64,000 nucleotides of DNA from positions 14,128-78,127 of the IMG/VR virus record IMGVR_UViG_3300021399_000006; one strand, given 5' to 3'. Under the pieces are notes generated by a model. That model made no database searches and was not told the DNA's origin. It saw nothing but the letters and a program-made list of their open reading frames with translations. Each line of letters opens with the position of its first letter. The stretch's first letter is position 1. The translations under genes were made by a program, and so were the position numbers. The DNA is from a virus. This document shows, piece after piece, positions 54,929 to 64,000 of the stretch.

Positions 54929-57900
54929 ATGAGTGGTGAACAATATTCTGATGCTCTTTTATAGGCAATGTCTGTTATTGCAGATCGTACAGTTTCAAAT
55001 GCGAAATATAATAAAACCATTCAAGCTACTGTAGTAGAATGTATAGACTCTACTATAGGAGAATATAAAATAAAATATCAAAATGGGTATTGGACTGCAT
55101 ATAGTTAGAATGTTAATACTACTTATATGCCTGGAGCGAGTGTTTATATAAATATTCCAAATGGAGATATGTCTTCTATAAAAACTATTGTCGGCACAAC
55201 TCAAAAACTTGGAATAAATTATATTAACGTAATTCCAGAATAGGGACAATATGAAGATAATGGTAATAATATTTTAACAAATAATCAAGGATATAGTTTA
55301 TCTTCATATAAAACGGAAAATTTAATTATTTTTGAAGAAGGTAACGATAATTTTTACGATGCGGATGCCGCAAACATATATATAAAAAGTTCTTCTCATT
55401 TACAGTTTGCTTTTGATATTCAAACAGATTTAAATTATGAACAGAGATATAATGGTAATTATGGAATTAAGTTTTATTTAAAATTTAAAGATAATACTTT
55501 TGAAGAGACAGTAACGAGAGTTTATACTTTTGATATTTATAAGATGGAAGGTAATCCATATTCTTTCTTTAATAAAACGAATCAGAAAGCTGTTTTTGAA
55601 ATAGACGGTGCTAATTTTATAGGAATCGAAAAAATAGAATTATTTACATAGCGTTTTCCAAATCAAGATGAAAATGCGAAAGATGATATTTTTATTTCTA
55701 ATTTATCTATTAAAGGTATGAATCAATTATCTCAAGAAGAAATGGATTCTGTATCACTTTCTTTTGTTGCAAGAAGAGGATATATTTTTAATGATAATTC
55801 TGATGACAACGATACACGTCCAATTTAGGCTGTTGTAAGAGTTTTAGGAAAAGTTGTAAATGAAGTAAGCCAAAATTTAAAATTTTATTGGTTTGTTCAA
55901 AATGTAAGTATCACTGAAAGTAATCCTTTTTATTTAAAATACGGTGGATATGGATGGAAATGTTTAAATAATTATAATGTTTTATCTTCAGATGAAAATG
56001 GAAATCCTTCAACTATAGAATACATTCCCTCTAAACCTACTTTTTCTATAGCAAAAAAAGATGTAAAAATAAAATAGCAAAAATATAAATGTGTAGTATT
56101 ATACGGAGATAGTTCTTTTTCAAAAGAATTCGTTATAATAAATGAAGATGCTTCTTATAAAATGATTATTGTTTCTGATGCTGGAACTTAGTTTATTGCG
56201 GATGCAGGCTCCCCCACTTTAACATGTTATGTTATGGATAGAAATTAGGAAGAAGTTGATTCTATTATTTATCGTTGGGGAGTTATTAATAATCAAGGTA
56301 TTTATAGTTATTTACCTGAAGGTAATATTAATATAGACGAAAATATAGAATATGGTTATCCAGAAGCATTAGAAGAATATAATCAATTAAAAGAAGGAAT
56401 TGAAAATCATTCGATTTTGCAATATGAAAAAAATGAAAAAGATAAAGACTTATCTAATATTAAAAGATTAGAATGGCTAGAAGATAGAATAAATACTTTT
56501 AAACAACAACAAACAGTTTATCAAAACAAAATATTTTTTGTCGATATAAAAAGAATTGATAATTTTAGTACATATATATGTACGGTAATGGATGAAAATA
56601 ATAATGTTTTGGGAACGCAAGAAATTACTTTAATTAATAAAAAGACTTCTAATGGTGGATATTCTCTTGTTATAAACAACGGAACGCAAGTTTTTAATTA
56701 TAATGAAGAAGGTATTAGTCCTTGTGAGGATTAGAATATTAAATATGTAATTCCTGAATTAACTTTTACTCTATATAATGAAAAAGGGGAAGAGGTTAAT
56801 CAGGATTATATTAATGTTAATAATATTAAATGGTTTTTCCCTAATAAAGAAAATAGTTTATTAACACATAATTATGATAATACTCCTTTAGATTTTTATA
56901 ATCAAAAAACTTTTTCTTATGGTATTAGTAAAAAATATTTTTCTAATAAACAATAGAACGATATAAAATTAGAAGTAACTTATAATGGGTATACATTAAA
57001 AGCTAAAACAAATTTAACTTTTACTAAAGAAGGTTTTTTAGGAACAAATGGTACAGGCTTAGTTTTAAAAATAGTTCCTGAGGGATTAACAGGAACTAGT
57101 CCTTGTTTAAAAATATCTCCTTCAAAAGCAAATCAAAAAAAATTAATTGGAAAATTTAATTTTGATAGTTTAAAAGCATAGTTATGGGATGGAGAACAGC
57201 AAATAGAAAAGGCAGATTCTTATTTTTGGTAGATATTAATACCAGTAAAAAAAACGGAAACTTTTTTAAAAATAAAAACTTCATCAACATTAACAACAAC
57301 ATCTTCTTTTATTAAATTAGAAGTAAATAATAGTAATATTAAAAAAACATTAACAGATAACCCTTATAACATTATAAAATTGACAGTAACTTATAACGGT
57401 AAAAAAATATATACAACATTACCTATTTGTATTTATAAAGTTACAGTAGACTCACAATATGATATTGAATTAAAAGAAAATTCAGGTTTTAAATATGTTT
57501 TTTATGCTTAGGACGGAACTCGTCCTAATTATAATGATAAAACACCTTTTACAATTACCGTAAAACAAAAAATTGGTAATATAGATTTTGAAGAAATTAA
57601 TACTGTTGCTTCAAAAGATTTATAGTTTTCTTATGTAGCTAATGGTAATTTTAAAAATACTTCTCAAAAAGATAAAACAATTCAAACTTTTGCACCAATA
57701 CCTTTATCTTATTTTAATGGATAGACTTTAGATAATTATGTTTATTGTTTAATTACAAAAAATAATAGCCAAGATGGAACTATTACAATCGGTTAGGCTT
57801 TAATTCCAATTCATATGATGCTTAATCGTTATGGACATGCCGCTTTAAATGATTGGGATGGTAATTCTATTGATATAGGAAATACTTCTCATGATACTAT

Positions 57901-59488
57901 TTTAGCCCCACAAGTTGGAGCAGGATAGAAAAATAAGAATGGTGAATTTTCAGGAATATTGATGGGCAGTGTAAAAATTCCTAATAAAACTTAGAATGGT
58001 TTATTTGGTTATTCTAAAGGTGCCCGTACTATATTTTTAGATGCAGAAACAGGAAATGCTAATTTTGGTATTGCAGGAAATGGTCAAATTCAAATTAATG
58101 CTGAACAAAGTATTATTACTGGTGGAGGTTATAATATAAATAATTATAACTCTGATATAAAAAAAGATACAAATAAAGAAGGTATGTTAATTCACCTTCA
58201 AGCACCAGAAATTAGATTTGGTTCTAAAAAATTTTATGTTACTTCTGAAGGTTAGCTATATGCACAAGGTGGTGGCCAAATTGCAGGATGGAATATTAGG
58301 GATACTAGTTTAAGTAAAAGTATTTTTAATAAAAAAGGTGAAGAAATTAGTAGTACTGGTATGAGTTCTGATAATAGTGATAAAACTAATTTAGCTTTTT
58401 GGGCAGGAAACCAGTTTAATGTAGATTTTAATGGACATGTAAATGCAACCTCTATTGATATAGGTGGAGATAATAAAAATCACCAAGATGTCCATATTAC
58501 AAAAGGAACAATTTATAGTGGTAAACATAAACCTTTTAACAGTACAGAGGATGGATTCTTTTTAAATTATGCAGGTTTATCTATTGGGGCAGATTTTAGA
58601 GTAACTTCTTCAGGATATTTAACAGCAAAACAAGGAACTTTTGGAAATGCTACTAAGAATTTTACGATAGGAATTTTTGAGGATAAGGATGGAATTACTT
58701 ATACATCTCTTAAAGGAAATAATGTATATTTAGGAACTGATAAAATATCGTTAGGTTCTAATTTTTCTGTAGATAATACGGGTAACTTAACAGCTTCTTC
58801 TGGTAAAATTGCAAGTTGGTATTTTACAGATGGTGCTTTTTATAATCAAACTGCTAAAGATGCTGCTGATAAAGACAATGAAGTTGGATATGGAAAATGG
58901 AACGATAAAACGAAAAAATATGATAGCATTTATGAAAAAGGTATGTATTTTGGAAACGGTGGAATAAGATTTGGTGCTAATTTTCATGTAGGTAGTAATG
59001 GTAATATGTTTGCTATCGCTGGTACTATAGGTGGATGGAGTATTGGTTCTAGTTCTTTAACTGGAGGTAGTTTAAAATTAAATAGTGATGGTTCTTTATC
59101 AGGACCTGGTTGGAGCATTGCTTCTAACGGAGAAGCTACTTTTAGTAATGTAAAAAGTGCTAATATAAAAGGTGGGACTATATCAGGAGGAAGTAGAACA
59201 GGTGGTAGTATTGATCCAAGTAAAGTTAAGGCTCCCTATGGCAGTGGTCCTTCTGGCAGTGGCTTTAATGGAGGCACTTTAAATCAATGGTGTAAAAATA
59301 TTGTTACTACAAGTATTACTGCGGATTATATTACAAGTAAATTGAATTAGTCAGACTGGTCTATAACTAAAGACCTTTCAATTTGGGGGGATGCTTTTTA
59401 TAAAGGTTCTGAAATTGCTACTCGAGATTGGGTAAATACTCAATTAACACACTATGCAAAAAAGGGTGAGACACCTTCTTCAGGGTAA
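54929..59488 (+). CDS. large tail / host-recognition protein, 1,519 aa, TAG-recoded, with beta-helix-like Gly-rich repeats
   Basis: RBS AAAGGAGG. Track ORFs 56417..56734 and 58361..59350 in the same frame. Confidence 0.6.
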
Positions 59489-59534
59489 TTATTAATGGAG
59501 TTAAATATTCATTAGATTAATAAGGAGATAAAAG

Positions 59535-59735
59535 GATGGAAAATATTAACTTAAAAATGGCGGAAGTAGATGCCGCATTGACATATTACCTACAGCAATT
59601 ACCAGTTGGTGTAGCTTATTATATATTAAAAGATAAAGTAAGATAGCTTGAATTATTATATTATAATCAAGCAAGACAAGAGCAAGAAAATATAAAATCT
59701 TCTGAAGAAGAAGCAAAGGAGTCAACAGATGAGTA
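59535..59735 (+). CDS. small protein (66 aa; one TAG)
   Basis: RBS AAGGAGA. Confidence 0.35.
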
Positions 59736-59848
59736 AAACAGTAGTTACAAAAGTATTTAAAAAGAATAGTAACGGATAGTTTTCATCAGCAGTTCCTATT
59801 GGAACCTCTTCTGAATATGTATCTGTTTCTAAGAATGGAAACCAAGTG

Positions 59849-61546
59849 ATGAGTTTAAATACTTTAATTGGTGATCCTTCTGTTTTTACAGAAACTTCAT
59901 TATCAGATAAAGTAATAGAAATAGAAGAAAAAACAGGAATTGCAGATGCTTCCGCTACTCAAAAAGGATTAATGTCATCTGCGGATTTTAAAAAAATAAA
60001 TCCTCAAATTATACAAAACGATGGAGATTTAAATAATATAACAAATATAGGTTGGTACAAAATTGTTTATAATCCTTCTGCTGATAAAAAAATAGCAAGT
60101 AATGTTCCTGAAGGAATTTTAGCTTCTTGTTGGATGTAGGTTCAACAATTATCTAATTCTAGCTTCTTTCAAAAAATTAGGACTCCTTCAGGAATTTATT
60201 TTGAAAGACAATTTACTAATAATCTTTGGTCAGATTGGAGTAGATTAGATAAAACTATGACTGCGGCAACCGATAGCACAGACGGTACGTTAGGAACAGT
60301 ACCAGCTCCAGGAAGAGGACAACAAAATAATTTTTTAAGAGGAGACGGAACGTGGGCGCCAGTTGAAAATACATGGGTAGAAAATACCGTTAATACAAAT
60401 GGATATGTTCTTGCTCCTTCTTCAAGTAATTCAAATAAAGTTTGGAAAACAGATATAAACGGTAACCCTGGATGGAGAGACGAAGAAAAAACTTCTTATA
60501 ATGTATTAGGGGCAAGTGGTGATAGCACTACAAACGGTGTACTTGTTCCTCTACCTGCTTCAAGTCAACAAAATAATAATAGTTTTTTAAGAGGAAATGG
60601 AACTTGGAGTGGTTTAAATGGAAGGTTATTAACAGAAACGGAATATAATAGATTAAACGCTCAAGGACTTTTCTTTGGAGCAAAAATTGAATTTAATCCT
60701 CCTTCAGAAGCAACGTATGGAGGTTTTATTGATTTCCATCATAAAAATGGAACGAGTGACGATTATAGCGCAAGAATTATAGAATGGACACCAGGAACTC
60801 TTACTCTTTATCATAATATAGATGTTTTAAACAAAACTACTACAAAAACTTTAGAAGTAGCTAATACTGTTAATGTAGGAGGAAATTCTAATATAGAAGG
60901 AAATTTAACAGTTAGGTCTGATTTTGGTGTTACTGGAGGCGCTATCGTAAGAGGGACTTTTAGAGTTGATAATGGTCTTTATGCATCAGGTGGAGCTACA
61001 ATTTCAGGAAAAACTGAAATAAAAGGAATTTTGAAAACTCAAAGGGCTGATAACGGTGAAAACGGTCATACTATAGTAGTAAGTTCTCTTGCTGAAACGG
61101 GTGGAGTTTTTATGTTAAATAGTTATACAGGAAAAACTTTACAGGTGCTTGGAAACTGGGGAACAAAAGGTAAAACAAGTTCACAATATATTGCTGTAAG
61201 TTCTTCAGATATACGATTAAAAGAGAATATAAAAGAAAGTCATGTAAGCGGTTTATAGTTAATAAATAAAATTCCATTATATGAATTTGATTGGAAAAGA
61301 GATAAACAGCATCAGAAAATTGGTTTTATAGCAGATTAGTTAGAAAAAATAGATTCTAATTTAAGTCTTGGTAGTTAGAAACCATATGATGAAAATGGAA
61401 ATCCTATTTATAAGAGTGTAAATACTTTTTATTTACAAGGTTTTGAAATTAAAGCTATTCAAGAGTTATCTCAACAAAACCAAGAACTTAAAAAAGAAAT
61501 TGATTCTTTAAAGAAAGAAATTAAAGAATTAAAGAAAAAGGTATAA
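59849..61546 (+). CDS. tail fiber protein with C-terminal intramolecular chaperone/auto-proteolytic domain (peptidase S74-like, SSDIRLKENI). TAG-recoded.
   Basis: Track ORFs 59846..60139 and 60257..61258 in the same frame. The start is uncertain: an upstream ATG at 59728 sits in another frame. Confidence 0.6.
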
Positions 61547-61552
61547 AAAAAA

Positions 61553-61592
61553 GGGAAACGATAAAATAAATCGTTTCCCTTTTTTCTTTTTA
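61553..61592. terminator. bidirectional Rho-independent terminator between convergent late genes
   Basis: AAAAAAAAGGGAAACGAU-AAAAUAA-AUCGUUUCCCUUUUUUCUUUUU. Confidence 0.7.
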
Positions 61593-62072
61593 AAAAGCAC
61601 TTTTATGCTATTTAATATAAGCTATTCCTAAACATATGGCATCGCTTATATCATCATTAACATCTATATTATAAATCATTTTAACTAAACGCTTACTATT
61701 AGCTTTTAAAGTATCTCGTCTTATCCCTGGTCCAGTTTGTATTCCACATAATCTTCGCCAATGCCCAGATACATATAAATCTACTTTATAATTTAAAATA
61801 CCTAATTTTGTAACAGTTTCTCCTTGAAGATATATTAATGCTTTATATACTGCTTGGTTTTGTTTAACATCCTATGGTAAAATTTCTTCCATTACAATAT
61901 TTGTAGGCTTATATTTTTTACATATTTCTACAATTCTATTACTCATACTTTCGATTCTTTTATATACGTTTCGATCATTCTATATTAAACATTCATAATG
62001 TATTAATTTGCCCTACTAAAATATTGCAATTCCGCTAGATTTAGTAGAGGCATCTATCGCTAAAGTTTTCAT
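61593..62072 (-). CDS. ruvC: RuvC-like Holliday junction resolvase (159 aa; TAG-recoded)
   Basis: MKTLAIDASTKSSGIAIF start. RBS GGAGG. Three in-frame TAG. Confidence 0.6.
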
Positions 62073-62175
62073 CGTTGAATCTACCTCCTTTAATCTAACT
62101 TGAGTATATCAAAAAATTTTAAAAAAGTCAAATAAAAAATGGGAATAGGTAAAACCTATTCCCATTTAATTTATA

Positions 62176-62622
62176 TTATTTACTTCCACTACTTCCAAAC
62201 CCGCCTTCCCCTCGTGCAGTTTCATCTAATTCTGTAACTTCTTCAAAAGTTAAATTAAATTTAGGAAGTAATGCAAATTGAGCAATTCTTTCATGCGGCT
62301 CTATTTTTTTCATACTATCTCGATCATTATGAACTGCTACTTTAATCTATCCTCTATAATCGGAATCAATAACACCAACACAATTTGCTAAGCGGAGGCC
62401 CTTCTTTGTAGCGATGCCGCTTCTTGGGAAAAGTCCACCCCAATAATCTTTAGGGATTTCCATAGCAAGTCCTGTTCCAATTAATTCTGTTTTATGCGGC
62501 CATATATATGTATTTGTTTCCGTATTAGCATATAAATCCCACATAGCGGCATCCTAGCTTCCGCAATATGGAAGTTTAGCATTTTCATCAAGTCTCTTAA
62601 CTTTAATATTTATATTATTCAT
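62176..62622 (-). CDS. dut: dUTPase (148 aa; two in-frame TAG)
   Basis: Track ORF 62347..62544 extended. Motifs GLFPRSG and GVIDSDYRG-[TAG]-IKV. Confidence 0.75.
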
Positions 62623-62878
62623 CAGCTACATCTTCCTCCGCGCAATAAATAGGCATTAACTCACAATCAGGTTCTTTCTCTTGACAAAATTCTTTAGTAA
62701 TAATAACTCGTCTCCATTCATCAATAATTTCACCTTTTTGCTTTTGTGTTTTAATTTCATTGCTAGTTTTTATGACAGTATATTGAGGATTTGTTTTAGC
62801 CTATTGAATAAGTTTTGTTGCTTCTGACTATGAATCACAACGGTACTGCTAAGTAACTTTAATTAAATATCTGCTCAT
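62615..62878 (-). CDS. hypothetical protein (87 aa; TAG-recoded)
   Basis: Manual ORF. RBS AAAGGAGA. Stop overlaps the dut start. Confidence 0.4.
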
Positions 62879-62888
62879 TTTATCTCCT

Positions 62889-63152
62889 TTAAATTTGTGA
62901 ATATATAAAAGTTATATCATTTTTATTATTTAATAATATCTGTTTTTCTTTTGTTTGTTTTTCTATTCTCTATAAAAGATTTTTTGGGCCGCCGCTTAAA
63001 TAAACTTTCTTTAAAGTTTTATCTTTTGCAAAAAATTCAGGAAGATAAGACATTGGAATCTATTGAGTTTTTGACGGAGAAAAGAATCCATTTTTAATAC
63101 AAACAGTTTGTTTCCAATCTCCTATTCTTATCTTACAATACGCTGTTTTCAT
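62889..63152 (-). CDS. hypothetical protein (87 aa; TAG-recoded)
   Basis: Manual ORF. RBS GGAGGAAAT. Confidence 0.35.
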
Positions 63153-63162
63153 TATTTCCTCC

Positions 63163-63546
63163 TTAACATTCTATAACGGCATTATCATATGGAAATAAAT
63201 AATAAGCAAAAGGTTCATCATCAATTCTTAACCAAATTTCAAAATTACCATCAGGTTGCTCTTCAATAGAAAGTACGTCTCCTCTATTAGTGCAACATCC
63301 TAAACATTCTTTTGCAGCTATTGCGGGAGGATTTGGATTTTGATTTTCATACATGTGAAAAATAGTAAAATCGCTTCTATCTTTACAATATAACATCCCA
63401 TATGAATCACACTTCATATTAAAAAAATTTTCAATCTTATTTTGCGCGCTTGCTAATTCAAGATGATTCATAGGTTTAAACAACTATTTATTTGACATTA
63501 ATTGTTTATTAGCGGTATATAGTGTTCCCATATTAAGTTCTGCCAT
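63163..63546 (-). CDS. Cys-rich hypothetical protein (127 aa; one TAG)
   Basis: Track ORF 63163..63483 extended upstream to an ATG with RBS AAGGAGATAA. Confidence 0.45.
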
Positions 63547-63557
63547 TAATTATCTCC

Positions 63558-63743
63558 TTATATCTCTACTTTTTTGTATAATCCACAATGACATTCTCCT
63601 AAACCTTGCTCCATAAATTCTTTACAAATACATTTAGTATCTTCATTTTTTATAGTTTTACATGGGCAATACCCGTTATTAGCTTTGAGCATTGCCCGTA
63701 TCTAATTAGCAAGTTCTTTGTCATCAGTTACCTTTATCGTCAT
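63558..63743 (-). CDS. small Cys-rich protein (61 aa; CPC..CIC..CHCG)
   Basis: Manual ORF. Confidence 0.35.
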
Positions 63744-64000
63744 AATATCAACCTTTCTGCATATTGATTATCACTAGCAAGATATACTCCTAATACCTCA
63801 TCATAATGTTTTTCTTGATTAGGAATAAATCTACCATACTTTATAATTATATTATCAAAATTTTTAAAAAAAGTCAAAAACCATTTAATTTCATCTTTAT
63901 TATATCCAGTATATATGATTATATCATCATTAGATACTTCTCGAAATTTCTTAATAAAGTCAAGAATTTGATAAAAAGAATCAAACGGTTCTAAGCCTTG
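63740..64000 (-). CDS. anaerobic ribonucleotide reductase activase-like (NrdG-like) C-terminal fragment. The 5' part lies beyond the window.
   Basis: IIIYTGYNKDEI resembles the NrdG IWVWTGY motif. Ends with TGA overlapping the next ATG. Confidence 0.4.
   Translation of the reverse strand, partial: QGLEPFDSFYQILDFIKKFREVSNDDIIIYTGYNKDEIKWFLTFFKNFDNIIIKYGRFIPNQEKHYDEVLGVYLASDNQYAERLIL

Overview
This 64-kb window reads as an AT-rich genome segment of a tailed dsDNA phage in which the amber codon TAG is translated as an amino acid (most likely Gln). The evidence is direct. The plus-strand late block (about 28.97-61.55 kb) carries the terminase, portal, scaffold, capsid, major tail, tape-measure, tail protein and tail fiber genes. 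It is made of long frames broken only by TAG. The clearest case is a single 8,943-nt frame, the tape measure at 45861-54803, that never hits TAA or TGA. The minus-strand genes at both window edges are recoded in the same way (1-2095: peptidase-MBL lysin and glycoside hydrolase; 61593-64000: RuvC, dUTPase, NrdG-like). This suggests the window spans a circularly permuted or wrapped late region. By contrast, the early block (2.1-28.8 kb), where nearly all genes are on the minus strand, uses the standard code. Two long late structural genes (candidate major capsid and major tail) also contain no TAG. The most unusual part is 8.8-24.1 kb, an array of about 16 moron-like cassettes. Each cassette holds one to three small genes (many acidic, some GC-rich and foreign-looking, one family present three times) with its own consensus sigma70 promoter and intrinsic terminator. 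About eleven of the sixteen cassettes also carry a convergent perfect-consensus TTGACA-17/18-(TG)nTATAAT promoter on the opposite strand, guarded by a conserved inverted-repeat operator (TGCACAAA...TTTGTGCA). Every cassette carries a GC-rich palindrome immediately downstream of that position, conserved in structure but not in sequence; it is preceded by TTTT on the plus strand and followed by AGCAAAAAAA. I could not assign this architecture to a known system. My candidate readings are operator-controlled antisense RNAs with a 5' hairpin, cassette-shuffling sites, or structured cis elements. Other features include a tRNA-Lys(UUU) and several ORF-free structured-RNA candidates. A 1.7-kb noncoding region (22.7-24.4 kb) is full of palindromes, iteron-like repeats, a (TTA)n microsatellite and a G8 tract. 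There is also an SPFH/band-7 gene with small membrane proteins, and early enzymes (isochorismatase/nicotinamidase-like hydrolase, metallophosphoesterase, SprT-like protease, DEDDh exonuclease, 5'-nucleotidase-like HAD, SLOG-fold protein). Coordinates I derived by hand are approximate (+/-1-3 nt); coordinates taken from the supplied ORF track are exact.
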